Made by a program: the position numbers and the translations under genes. A stretch of DNA of 32,000 nucleotides from contig JAIZWK010000001.1 of assembly GCA_021498095.1 (NCBI GenBank), forward strand, positions 3,570,001-3,602,000. The letters are read 5' to 3'. Positions within the stretch are counted from its first letter, which is position 1, and each line of letters opens with the position of its first letter. This DNA comes from Candidatus Harpocratesius repetitus (GTDB taxonomy: Archaea; Asgardarchaeota; Lokiarchaeia; Sigyniarchaeales; Promethearchaeaceae). The notes beneath the pieces were generated by a model. It was not told where the DNA came from, did no database searches, and saw only the letters and a program-made list of their open reading frames with translations. This document shows positions 1 to 9,740 of the stretch, piece by piece.

Positions 1-1
1 A

Positions 2-598
2 GATAAAACCATTGAAAAGATTGGTTCTGAGCCAGAAATTAATCTTGTTACAAATCGGATTAATCAGGGCAAAGCCCGGAGTTTGAATAAATGCTTCCGT
101 ATGATTGGAGAGAATGAGATTGTGGTTTTAATTGATGGAGATGGTGAACATCCACCTGAAGAGATTATGAAATTAGTAACCCCGATTTTAAAGGGAAAAG
201 CAGATATTGTTATTGGAACTCGTTTTTCACCCAAGTTTCCTTTATCCCTTGAAAAAGCACCTAAAGGATCATATCTCAATAACCATAAACGATTCAGTAA
301 AATCCGCAAATTTGGGAATATAATTATATCAATACTTATTTTTTTATTATACAAACAATACATTTCTGATTCGCAAAGTGGATATCGTGCATTTAAACCA
401 GGCATATTGATGAAATATCAATCAAAATTCACAGGATTTGAGATAGAGACAGAAATGACTCTTGAATTAATGAAAAGAGGATATAGATTATATGAGGTGC
501 CAATTACCACAGGATTAAGCACCCGCGAATCACATATGCATATTTTTCGAGATAGTTTAAAAATATTCAAAACAATTCTGGTTTTAAAATATTGTTAA
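2..598 (+). CDS. Glycosyltransferase family 2, DPM/DPG-synthase-like; 5' end outside window
   Basis: Frame is open from position 2 (DKTIEKIG...NQGKARSL), upstream of the ORF-track start. Motifs NxGK, IDGDGEHPPEE (DxD), ADIVIGTRF, DSQSGYRAF and FEIETEM are typical of this GT2 subgroup. Confidence 0.9.
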   Translation, partial: DKTIEKIGSEPEINLVTNRINQGKARSLNKCFRMIGENEIVVLIDGDGEHPPEEIMKLVTPILKGKADIVIGTRFSPKFPLSLEKAPKGSYLNNHKRFSKIRKFGNIIISILIFLLYKQYISDSQSGYRAFKPGILMKYQSKFTGFEIETEMTLELMKRGYRLYEVPITTGLSTRESHMHIFRDSLKIFKTILVLKYC

Positions 599-879
599 AT
601 TATTTTTAAAAACATATATAGAATAACCTAGTTTTGTTATATCTACTTAAATTTTTCTTATATTCTTTTTTTGGGTTTATATACCTTCAGACTCGTTCAA
701 ATATTAATTTAAATAACCATCTTGCAATTTTAGAGCCACAACATTGAAGAAAAATCATTTCTTACAATTTTTTTAATTATCTTTAAATATATTGAAAACA
801 AATCATTCAGAGATCTCCAATTCTCTGCAAATTAACATCATACTAAGAAAATTCACCTTGTATATTAGCACTAATCAAG

Positions 880-1410
880 AAAATAGTATATAAAAAGATA
901 GACAAATAAAGTAATATTTTATGTAAAAATTTCGATGGCATGAACATAAACATATAAACAATTAATCCAACTCTTGACTGAGCGTTTTAAAATTAAAATT
1001 GAACGAAAATCTATAGAATCTATATAAAAACTTATGAATTGGCTTGTACAAAGATATACAATGGTTTAAATATCTAAGAATTAAAAGAAAAATCAGCTGA
1101 ATTTTGATTATCTTGATTTAGTTGAGACATTAAAAGGAATAATAAGTGTTCTTGTTGTATATTGATATTAAGAATAATTCATGATACAAAACGCTTACTT
1201 AACAAAAGCAGAAGACTATTTAGTTTTTCTAAAATCATTGGAGAAAAGAATCCTTTAAGAGATAAATACCCCAATTTTTAGAATTATTTCTGATATAAAA
1301 ACTGCTCAGAGAACATTGATTGAATTTATCTAACTTTATATCCATTTTGGCTAAAATATTTTTAATTTTTCATATCAAATGAAAAAAAAATCGGGCTATT
1401 TTTAATTACG
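880..1410 (+). pseudogene. N-terminal half of a degenerate DDE transposase (ISNCY/IS256-like)
   Basis: Manual translation across frameshifts and stops gives KFRWHEHK, LLTERFKIKIERKSIE, LDLVETLKG (putative first Asp), PIL.IISD..TAQRTLIE (putative second Asp) and an FH remnant of the CxxH motif. Same motif order as the element at 15054-16812. Boundaries approximate. Confidence 0.5.
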
Positions 1411-1928
1411 AAGGATCAATTCACTAACACCTCGGTTTGAATTTTTTTCCCCCATTTTTCGTTTAATTGAAATAATTGTTTAATTTCTGAATTATTCCAC
1501 TCATTAGAGAGAATTTTTGGGCTAAATCGGTGCAGAACAATGGTAATTCCTAAGATTTCGGGTTCATTTATGACTGTAATATATCCCTGAAATCGCTGTT
1601 CTAAACCCTCAGGTGTTTTAGGAACAGTTAAATGCACACGAGTCTTAATCCTACTATTAATATTCTTCGCCAGATTATTTAATAAAACTTTTGTCACAAA
1701 TAGTCTTGTATTTCCTTTATAGCAACTGTAACTGCGGAAAGCATATTTTTGCCAGTTTGAGAGTTTTATAAAAAATATCAATTTATGCATATCCCTGCTT
1801 TTCTTTGTCATAAGCTTTAAAATAGTGTATGTTTTGCTCTAAAACTTCAATGAAATTGTCAATGAGATTTTTTTGAACGATAATATTAAAATAATTTAAA
1901 AAATAAGGCTTCTCTTAATTGATCCTTC
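1410..1928. repeat. 12-bp perfect inverted repeat pair, GAAGGATCAATT (1410-1421) and AATTGATCCTTC (1917-1928)
   Basis: Read directly; the two arms bracket the minus-strand transposase half. Confidence 0.85.
1416..1928 (-). pseudogene. C-terminal half of a degenerate DDE transposase (includes ORF 1416-1811)
   Basis: NWQKYAFRSY...LLNNLAKNINSRIKTR...KTPEGLEQRFQGY matches the NNxxExxNSxIKxR catalytic-Glu helix with E replaced by K. A broken upstream frame (KDQLREALF/LNYFNIIVQKNLIDNFIEVLEQNIHYF) reaches about 1928. Confidence 0.55.
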
Positions 1929-1973
1929 ATTCTTAAAAATAGTCAAAAATCGATAAATAATTCTTTTTAGAAT

Positions 1974-3185
1974 TCACTTAAATGAAAAGATCTTAGATTT
2001 TTTTGAGACAATTTTCAGCATTTCTCTTTTAAAATCTAAAAGAACGCGATCCCAATCATAATTTTTTATAAACTTTTGTCCATTTTGAAAACATTCATCG
2101 TAAAACTTTATTGGGTTTTGGATAATTGTAAAAACTTCTTCTGGTCTATTAATATAAATAATTCCATTATTATCTCCATATTCTTTAAAAATTCCATCTA
2201 ATTTTGTTGCGATAATTAATTTTCCTGCTGCCATATATTCATAAAGTTTTATTGGAACAATATTATTCATTATTTTATTCTTATGGGCAGGTAAAATGCA
2301 AAAATCTGCTGCTTGAAGATATTCAGGAATTTTATCAAATGGAACTTGATTTGTTAATATTATATTATCTGGATATTTCAATTTCATTTTAATTTTTACC
2401 AAGTATTCATAGAGATCTCCTTTTCCTACGATTAATAATTTTATTTTAGTCAATTTCATTTCATTTTGTAGATAATAATCAGAAATTTCTCTTAATCCTG
2501 AAAAATCATATAACCAACCCATAAACATTAATACAATCTCGTCATCTTCTATGTTTAATTGAGATCGTTTTGTTAATCTAATATTTGATTTACTATATTT
2601 CGCAATATCGACTCCACCTGGAATTAAAATACCTTCTTTTTTGTTTTTAATCATTTCATCGGCATAATCTAATAATCCTTTATTGATTGCAAATAAATAG
2701 TCACATTTTTTTATATTATAAGTTTCAAAAAATTTGGCAATTGGTTGAAATATTGAAATTGGAAGTAATGTATGAAGATGATCGATTAAATAATAGCAAA
2801 ATGGAATACGATATATTTTTGCAAATAGTAAAGCAATAAAAGAGTTGAGAATTCCAAAACCAAAAATTAGATCAGGTCGAAACTTTTTAATTTCTTGATA
2901 TATAGTAAATGTATGAAAAAAAGGAATAGATAAAAAACTTAATAAAGGTAATTTTATCATACTGGGTCGAATTATAGTAATTTTTGAATTAGGAATGATC
3001 TTTGGATTTGCTTCAAAGATATTTTTTCTTGTAAAAATTGAATAATGAATAGAAGTTTGCCATAAAAATTCATAATCAATTACATGAATATTATGCCCTT
3101 GTGTAGATAATCTTTCAAAAAGATGATGTTGTTGATGAGGTCCTCTTAATTCCCAGTCTGTTTCTTGTAGTATTAAGATATTCAT
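1974..3185 (-). CDS. Glycosyltransferase family 4 (GT-B fold)
   Basis: 403 aa; PGGVD, FMGWLY, LLIVGKG, YLQAADFCILP and PIKLYEYMAAGKLII (EX7E-region motif). Confidence 0.93.
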   Translation of the reverse strand: MNILILQETDWELRGPHQQHHLFERLSTQGHNIHVIDYEFLWQTSIHYSIFTRKNIFEANPKIIPNSKITIIRPSMIKLPLLSFLSIPFFHTFTIYQEIKKFRPDLIFGFGILNSFIALLFAKIYRIPFCYYLIDHLHTLLPISIFQPIAKFFETYNIKKCDYLFAINKGLLDYADEMIKNKKEGILIPGGVDIAKYSKSNIRLTKRSQLNIEDDEIVLMFMGWLYDFSGLREISDYYLQNEMKLTKIKLLIVGKGDLYEYLVKIKMKLKYPDNIILTNQVPFDKIPEYLQAADFCILPAHKNKIMNNIVPIKLYEYMAAGKLIIATKLDGIFKEYGDNNGIIYINRPEEVFTIIQNPIKFYDECFQNGQKFIKNYDWDRVLLDFKREMLKIVSKKSKIFSFK

Positions 3186-3251
3186 TCAATTTCTCTATAA
3201 TCTTTTATTTATCAATGAACTTAAAATTATTGGAGCATTTTATTAGAAAAA

Positions 3252-3303
3252 TAATTGAGGGTTTCTTGAGTTTTTAAATTTCACTCTTTTTTACAATTCT
3301 GGT
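3252..3303. repeat. Terminal inverted repeat (transposase-distal end) of IS 3257-5115
   Basis: Matches the reverse complement of 5069-5120 at 51 of 52 positions (count includes the flanking TAATT). Confidence 0.95.
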
Positions 3304-3314
3304 AAAATTCTTAT

Positions 3315-4821
3315 TCATTTTTTTCGTTTATCCCAAAATCGCTTTTGAAAAGGAGTTAGAGTGGGGTAGTAGAAGATATCGAAATTCGCTTGCTTCGCGG
3401 CTTTCATCCAACCTGTTTCTTTCATAAATATCCGATTTGTCGAAAACGAATTTAATTTGCTGATAAGATCTGGACGATTGAGTTTTACTGCGGTAATTGC
3501 TCGTAATAAGTCAAAAATATAATTCAAACCCCGACTTCGAATCGCATTCTCGAGCCCTCGAGTATTCATCCGCCGAGATTTATAAAAAAAGTTATTCGCA
3601 GCCTGTCCTGCCTCAATCACAGGTCTAATTTTGTACATTTGAACTAAATCTTTTTCAGTCCAACCTACAGGAATGAAATCGGTACGAAACCAGTAACCTT
3701 TCTTTAATTCTTTAGTTTGATGGGATTTTATATTCTTTTTTGCCCGTACTAGTGGATAAATTCCAGATTTAAGACAAAATTGAATACTTTCTTCAGAATA
3801 CCCCCCAGAGTCTAAAATAATGAAATTCCAACCTTGGCCAATCGGAAGTTGAAGAAAATTAGTAAGGGTTTCTCTAAACATTGGATTTTCGTTCTTATTT
3901 CCTGGAAATACTTCGAAATAAACAGGAAATGCCCGACCCCACGAACCACAATAGCAATAAAGGTTTGAAACTTCATATCCAACCCCTTTATGTTGCCCAT
4001 TATGGCGATGATATCCTGCTTCAGGATCGTTATATTGCTTCATAGTTTTGTGTTTTGCATCTTTATAATTATTATTGGCATTGCTTTTCATGAATTGTCC
4101 ATCCCAGACTAATATTCGGGTTACAATTATCTTTAAATCAATCATTTCTGCAACCAAACTAAAAAAATAATCATAAATCACCTGGACGGGCAAAAGATTA
4201 AGAATATAACTTAAATCCTTTGCTGTTGGGAAGAAGAGAGCATCATGAACAATTCCAAAAAGAGGATGTTGACTAAGAAAAAAAGAGAGCCGTTCGAGTT
4301 CCGTATATGATTCAATACCAAGAAACCGTTGAAAAAGGGAAATTGCAATAATATCATAAAGAAATATGTCTCTAAATTTAATATTATGGCGTTCTAGTCG
4401 ATCTTGAAGATCATCAAAATAACTTAGGTCATTAAATTCAAAAATATGATTGAAAAAGCCAGTAAATTTAGGTATCATCTGAATTAAATCCTATTCCTGC
4501 TCTGAAATTTGATTTACTGCAAAATCATCAAATGAATAGTGAGGAATTGAACGAAATCTCCTTAAATACCGTACTTTTGGTAATGAAATTTGAACCTTGC
4601 TTGGAATATAATCTATTATTGATTTATTTCTGTGTTTTTTTACTTGACTTTGTTTTTTTTTTGTATGGACGGACTGTTAACCAATGTGAAAATCGTTTTC
4701 TGGCTTGCTGGTAAACCCGAGGGATCCACATAGGATAATATGTAGCACTAACTTCCGAAATATAGTCGGAAATTTGCATTTGAACGATTTTTGGTTTCCC
4801 TTTATATTCAATTATGAGCAT
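3315..4821 (-). pseudogene. DDE transposase of about 500 aa, interrupted near its 5' end
   Basis: ORFs 4624-4821 and 3315-4478 join through a +1 shift around the A10 run (4653-4662) and a TAG at 4491-4493. Core motifs ILVWDGQ, IILDSGGY and YKIRPVIE. The paralog at 20426-20851 has Trp at the TAG position and reads through this region in one frame. Confidence 0.85.
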
Positions 4822-4883
4822 TGGTAATCTAATCTAATTTATTATTGAAAATATGATTACTCTAAACCAAATAAACTTTTTAC

Positions 4884-4915
4884 ATTAGAATTTGAGCCCA
4901 TCACCAAGTTCTAAT
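4884..4915. other. Hairpin in the IS leader (11-bp stem with one mismatch, 10-nt loop)
   Basis: ATTAGAATTTG-agcccatcac-CAAGTTCTAAT, about 60 nt upstream of the transposase ATG. Function unknown. Confidence 0.5.
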
Positions 4916-5068
4916 CAGATATATTCCTATTTACCCAATATTTAAGAGTTTGAAAATGATTTCTAAAATTTAGGGTAGGAAATTTGAGAAAAAAAAATAT
5001 TTTTCTTACTAAAAGTTTTTACAATCTTTTATAATATGAATAAATCCATGTTGATCGTTGAAAAATTA

Positions 5069-5120
5069 ACCAGAATTGCAAAAAAGAGTGAAATTTAAAA
5101 ACTCAAGAAACCCTCAATTA
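5069..5120. repeat. Terminal inverted repeat (transposase-proximal end) of IS 3257-5115
   Basis: Reverse complement of 3252-3303 with one mismatch. Confidence 0.95.
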
Positions 5121-5223
5121 AGTAAAAATTTTTAAAGAGACGAAATGTTTTACAAAAATACTAATATTAAAACACATTAAAAAAAAATAATATTCGAAAT
5201 TTTTAAAGAAGGGACTTAATCAG

Positions 5224-6165
5224 ATGAAAATATTAATCACAGGTGGAACTGGTTTTATTGGAACCAATTTAACCGCAGAATTACGATCACGAGGGCATGA
5301 AGTATTTACTGCTGATTTACGACATACCCCAGAAACAAAACGAACCCACTTTCGCTGTGATATTGGGGAATACCGTCATTTAGAACGAATTTTTGAGCAA
5401 CAAAAATTTGATTTTGTTTTTAATCTTGCTGCTGAATACGGAAGATGGAATGGAGAAGCATATTATGATTTACTTTGGAAAACAAACTGTGTAGGTATGA
5501 AGAATATATTAGTTCTTCAAAAAAAGTATAAATTTAAACTCACTACATTTAGTAGCGCTGAAGTTTATGGAGATTATAGGGATCTTATGACTGAAGATGT
5601 TATGGATAAAATTCCGATAAAACAAATGAACGACTATGCAATTTCGAAATGGGCAAATGAATTACAATGCTTGAACGCAGCAGCAATGTGGGGAAATGAG
5701 ATTGTTCGAATTCGACCAGTCAATTGCTATGGCCCTCATGAAGAATACAGCCCATATAGAGGTGTTATTCCAATATTAGTGTACCATGGTATGTTCAACC
5801 TTCCAGCTACTGTTTATAATGGCCATAAACGAATTTTTGATTATGTGAGTGATACTGTTCGCACAGTTGCAAATACTACTGAGAATTTCAAGCCAGGAGA
5901 AGTATATAATATCGCGGCAAAGAAGGAAGTCGATATTAAGTATGTATCTGATCTAATAATTAGAGAACTTGGAATAGATGATTCCCATATCACTTATTCT
6001 GAAGGAGAACCTTTTACAACTAAACAAAAACCTATTGATTGTTCCAAAGCTTACCGTGATCTTAATCATCGAATTGATGTTCCTATTGAAAAAGGTATTC
6101 CTTTATACATTGAATGGATGAAAAAGCGATATCCTGATTATATTAAATATATTAAAATGAAGTGA
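5224..6165 (+). CDS. NAD-dependent nucleotide-sugar epimerase/dehydratase (extended SDR)
   Basis: ITGGTGFIG Rossmann motif, SSAEVYG, catalytic YAISK; purine-rich GAAGGGA just upstream. Confidence 0.95.
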   Translation: MKILITGGTGFIGTNLTAELRSRGHEVFTADLRHTPETKRTHFRCDIGEYRHLERIFEQQKFDFVFNLAAEYGRWNGEAYYDLLWKTNCVGMKNILVLQKKYKFKLTTFSSAEVYGDYRDLMTEDVMDKIPIKQMNDYAISKWANELQCLNAAAMWGNEIVRIRPVNCYGPHEEYSPYRGVIPILVYHGMFNLPATVYNGHKRIFDYVSDTVRTVANTTENFKPGEVYNIAAKKEVDIKYVSDLIIRELGIDDSHITYSEGEPFTTKQKPIDCSKAYRDLNHRIDVPIEKGIPLYIEWMKKRYPDYIKYIKMK

Positions 6166-6174
6166 TAATATAAT

Positions 6175-7206
6175 ATGGAAAAATATCTTGAATATTATGA
6201 AGGAAAGCGTGTGATAGTAACAGGTGGTGCTGGAGCTGTCGGTTCGAATTTAACAAAAAAACTTCTCTCATTAAAAGCATTTGTGATTGTGATTGATGAT
6301 CTTTCTTCAGGATATGAATGGAATCTTCCACAAGATGATAAGAATCTTCTTTTTATAAAGGGAGATATTGCAAATGATGTTGATTTAAAGCGAGTTTTTA
6401 ATGAAGAACCCGAATTGATATTTCATCTTGCAGCGTTTTTTGCCAATCAAAATTCTGTAGATTATCCTGAAAAAGATTTAAGAACAAATGGTTTTGGTAC
6501 ATTAAAATTACTTGAATACGCAAAACTATATGGAAAACTTGAACGATTCGTGTATGCTTCTTCTGGTTGTTCTATATATCCTTCAGATGCACCTATGCCT
6601 TATAAAGAAGAATTAACAAATATGTATATGACAACGCCCTATCAGATTACAAAAATGCTTGGTGAACTATATTGCAATTATTTTAAAAAAGTCCAAGGTG
6701 TGCCTACAGTAAAAGCTCGGTTTTTTAACTCTTTTGGACCTGGAGAAGTCCCTGGTCAATATAGAAATGTCATTCCAAACTTCATCTATTGGGCAAAACA
6801 AGGATACAGCCTCCCTATAACGGGAACAGGAGAAGAGACACGCGATTTTACCTTTGTTGGCGATATAGTTGATGGTTTATTACGCATGGGCTTTTTTAAA
6901 GAAGCAATTGGTGAAGAAATGAATTTGGCAGCAGGTCGAGAAGTAAGAATAAAAGATTTAGCTGCTTTGGTAAATAACTTAACAGGTAATAAAACTGAGA
7001 TTCATTTTCTACCTCGAAGAAATTGGGATTCAAAACCACGAATGCTTGCTTCAAACGAAAAAGCAAAGCGATTAATCGGATTTTCCCCCAATCAAGATTT
7101 TGAAGGATGTTTGAAATTAGCAATTCAATGGTTTGATGAAAATTGGGAAAAAATCAAAGAATCTGCGGATTTTCCCCCTGGAGTTTCTTCTGCAGTACGG
7201 GGGTAA
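6175..7206 (+). CDS. NAD-dependent nucleotide-sugar epimerase/dehydratase (extended SDR), second copy type
   Basis: VTGGAGAVG, DDLSSG, YASSGCSIY, catalytic YQITK, RFFNSFGPG, TRDFTFVGD; starts 9 nt after the first epimerase. Confidence 0.95.
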   Translation: MEKYLEYYEGKRVIVTGGAGAVGSNLTKKLLSLKAFVIVIDDLSSGYEWNLPQDDKNLLFIKGDIANDVDLKRVFNEEPELIFHLAAFFANQNSVDYPEKDLRTNGFGTLKLLEYAKLYGKLERFVYASSGCSIYPSDAPMPYKEELTNMYMTTPYQITKMLGELYCNYFKKVQGVPTVKARFFNSFGPGEVPGQYRNVIPNFIYWAKQGYSLPITGTGEETRDFTFVGDIVDGLLRMGFFKEAIGEEMNLAAGREVRIKDLAALVNNLTGNKTEIHFLPRRNWDSKPRMLASNEKAKRLIGFSPNQDFEGCLKLAIQWFDENWEKIKESADFPPGVSSAVRG

Positions 7207-7255
7207 AATTCTTTTCCGAAATTTCACTTTTTTTATAAATTACTTTTTAAAATTT

Positions 7256-8605
7256 GTGATCAACGTGTCTAAATTAAAGGTTGCAGTTGTAACAGGAACT
7301 CGGCCAGAATTAATTAAGGTTAGTGTTTTGCTGCGTTTGCTGAAAGAAGATCCCGAAATTAATTTTATTTTTGTACATAGTGGCCAGCACTATGATGATT
7401 TAATGTTTAAAGTATTTCTTGAACAATTAAAACTCCCTGAACCAGATTATAATTTAAATGTTGGTTCTCTTCCCAATTCCGTTCAAACAGGAAAAATGTT
7501 GATCGAATTATACAAAATCATTGAAAAAGAAAAACCTCAAGTCATATTAGCTCAAGGGGATACGAATACTGTTTTTGCTGCAGGAATTACTGCCTTTAAA
7601 AATGACATTCCTTTCGGTCATATTGAATCAGGCATTCGTTCATTTGATTTAAGAATGCCTGAAGAAGTTAATCGGATATTAGTCGGGCCATGTGCCTTCT
7701 TTAATTTTGCTCCAACTAAAATTGCTGTAGAGAATTTATTAAATGAAGGTATTGATCCAAATCGTATTTTTCTCGTAGGGAATCCTATAGTTGAAGCAGT
7801 TTTAGAAAATTTAAATGTTGCAGAGAAGGAATCGCAAATTGAGAAGCAACTAAATTTAAAAAAAGGGGAAAAATTCATTTTATTAACTGCACATCGACCA
7901 TCAAATGTCGATCATAAACCAAATTTAGAAAACATCATTAAATCATTGCTGAAATTTGAAGAAATGAAAATTATATTCCCGATTCATCCTCGGACAAAGA
8001 AAAATTTAATTAATTTCAATTTATGGCAAGAAATACAGAATAAACCTCATCTTCAGATAATCGATCCCCTAAAATATTTAGATATGCTAAAACTAATGTC
8101 TTTATCATATTTTATCATAACTGATTCTGGTGGTTTACAAGAAGAAAGCACAATTCTCAAGAAACCATGCATTACCTTAAGAGAAAATACCGAACGACCA
8201 GAATCAGTAGAAATTGGAGCAAATGTATTAGTTGGGAATGATACTCAAAAATTGGAATATTATATGGAAAAATTGTGGAATGATCCTAATTTTTATAAAT
8301 CTATGGTTCCAACTGTGAATCCTTATGGAGATGGAAAGGCTTCGATAAGAATGATTGAAATAATTAAAAAGAAGTGGAGAATGGATTTGCTTTCGATACC
8401 ATATATTAAATATGAAAAACATTATCCCCACACTCGCTTAGTACATCTAAATGGTGAAGGTAATAATCTTACAGTAAAGAATTTTGAAAAGAAATGTAAT
8501 TGTAATATTATGCAAATATTTGATTCAAATGGTAAAACAATCATTCCATCACCAAATTTGGTTTTGAAAAGATTTATGTTTTTAAAAATACGAGTATTAG
8601 AATAA
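7256..8605 (+). CDS. wecB: UDP-N-acetylglucosamine 2-epimerase (non-hydrolysing) with C-terminal extension
   Basis: GTRPELIK, HSGQHYD, QGDTNT, GHIESGIRSFD, MPEEVNR, TAHRPSN, TDSGGLQEE, RENTERPE, NPYGDGKAS. Probable GTG start at 7256 or 7265; the ORF-track start at 7133 overlaps the upstream gene. Confidence 0.95.
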   Translation: MINVSKLKVAVVTGTRPELIKVSVLLRLLKEDPEINFIFVHSGQHYDDLMFKVFLEQLKLPEPDYNLNVGSLPNSVQTGKMLIELYKIIEKEKPQVILAQGDTNTVFAAGITAFKNDIPFGHIESGIRSFDLRMPEEVNRILVGPCAFFNFAPTKIAVENLLNEGIDPNRIFLVGNPIVEAVLENLNVAEKESQIEKQLNLKKGEKFILLTAHRPSNVDHKPNLENIIKSLLKFEEMKIIFPIHPRTKKNLINFNLWQEIQNKPHLQIIDPLKYLDMLKLMSLSYFIITDSGGLQEESTILKKPCITLRENTERPESVEIGANVLVGNDTQKLEYYMEKLWNDPNFYKSMVPTVNPYGDGKASIRMIEIIKKKWRMDLLSIPYIKYEKHYPHTRLVHLNGEGNNLTVKNFEKKCNCNIMQIFDSNGKTIIPSPNLVLKRFMFLKIRVLE

Positions 8606-8654
8606 ACTAAATATAATCAAATATAAATACATTAAAATTTTAATAAAATCAAAA

Positions 8655-9740
8655 ATGATGAAAATAATGAAAGAAAGAAATTATATTGAAGGGATTTTTA
8701 ACAATAAGAAATATATCGTTTTAAAATTAAAAGATAACAGTGAAGAAAATATAGAAGAAGCGATCATAAAGATCTATGAAAAACTTGAATGGAGTCGCTT
8801 TATTTCTAAAAACACTGTTATATTATTAAAACCAAATTTCACTAATTTGACCTATATCCCAGGAGTCACTACTTCTCCTCTTTTCCTTGAAATAGTTGTG
8901 AAAATTTTATCAGATCGTTGTAAAAAGATAAAGATTATTGAGGGAAATGGGGGATCTTGGATGTTTGATGCTACAGATGCAGCTCGTAATCATGGAGTTT
9001 TCAAATTAATTGAAAGATATCCAAATGTTGAATGGATAAATATTTCAGATTTACCTCGAAAACTTCAGAAGAAAAAAATCAATAACAAAAATCTTCGGTT
9101 AGAATTGCCAGAAAATGTAGCTCAATTAGGTGATCTATTAATTTCTTTACCTGTCTTTAAAAATCATTGTATGACTACAGTTACTTTAGGGATCAAGAAT
9201 CTATGGGGACTTGAGCCAAATGAATTAAGAATGCTTAATCATTCGAAAATTGATTATTATCTTCCAATGATTGGTGATTTCTATAAACATAAGCTTACTT
9301 TAATAGATGGAACAATCGGATTAGCAGGAAATGGACCTATGTGGGGAGATGCTATTGAAATGCGAACAATTTTAGGTGCTAATGATCCTGCCGTCGCAGA
9401 TGTTATTGGCGCGTGGATTATGAAGACTAATCCTGCAAATGTAAAGCATATTGTGGAATACTGCAAGTATTATCATTATGAGATAAATAAAATCTTAAAC
9501 ACACTTCCTGAAAAATCAGAACAATTTAGAACTGAATTAAAAATGGAAAGAGTAATTTCCAATTATTTAGATTTATTAACTTTTAAAAATCGATTTATTT
9601 CAAAAATTGTCTTCAATTCCATTTTTACTCCAATTATTTATTGGATTTTTAATCTTCTGAACGGGGATCGAGAATCTATCCCTCCAAAAAAGTTAAAAGA
9701 AAAATTTGATAAAAAAAAAACAAAAAGAGAGAAGAAATGA
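8655..9740 (+). CDS. DUF362 family protein (no appended ferredoxin domain seen)
   Basis: VILLKPN, PVFKNHCMTTVTLGIKNLWG, LIDGTIGLAGNGPMWG and GANDPAVADV are typical DUF362 motifs. Stop overlaps the next ATG (ATGA 9737-9740). Confidence 0.85.
   Translation: MMKIMKERNYIEGIFNNKKYIVLKLKDNSEENIEEAIIKIYEKLEWSRFISKNTVILLKPNFTNLTYIPGVTTSPLFLEIVVKILSDRCKKIKIIEGNGGSWMFDATDAARNHGVFKLIERYPNVEWINISDLPRKLQKKKINNKNLRLELPENVAQLGDLLISLPVFKNHCMTTVTLGIKNLWGLEPNELRMLNHSKIDYYLPMIGDFYKHKLTLIDGTIGLAGNGPMWGDAIEMRTILGANDPAVADVIGAWIMKTNPANVKHIVEYCKYYHYEINKILNTLPEKSEQFRTELKMERVISNYLDLLTFKNRFISKIVFNSIFTPIIYWIFNLLNGDRESIPPKKLKEKFDKKKTKREKK

Larger units (their letters stand above)
3257..5115 (-). mobile_element. IS4-clan (IS5-like) insertion sequence, about 1.86 kb, with long terminal inverted repeats
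   Basis: Ends GAGGG...CCCTC flanked by AATT on both sides (3253-3256 and 5116-5119; candidate 4-bp target duplication, but palindromic). Contains a DDE transposase. Confidence 0.9.

Noticed and set aside
4624-4670. A10/A7 runs as a programmed ribosomal frameshift in the transposase.
   Set aside because: The paralog at 20426-20851 crosses this region in a single frame and a nonsense codon follows; slippage or a sequencing error is simpler.
7133-7255. Long N-terminal extension of WecB in the ORF track.
   Set aside because: Overlaps the upstream epimerase by 74 nt and has no WecB-like sequence; homology begins at the GTG codons at 7256/7265.
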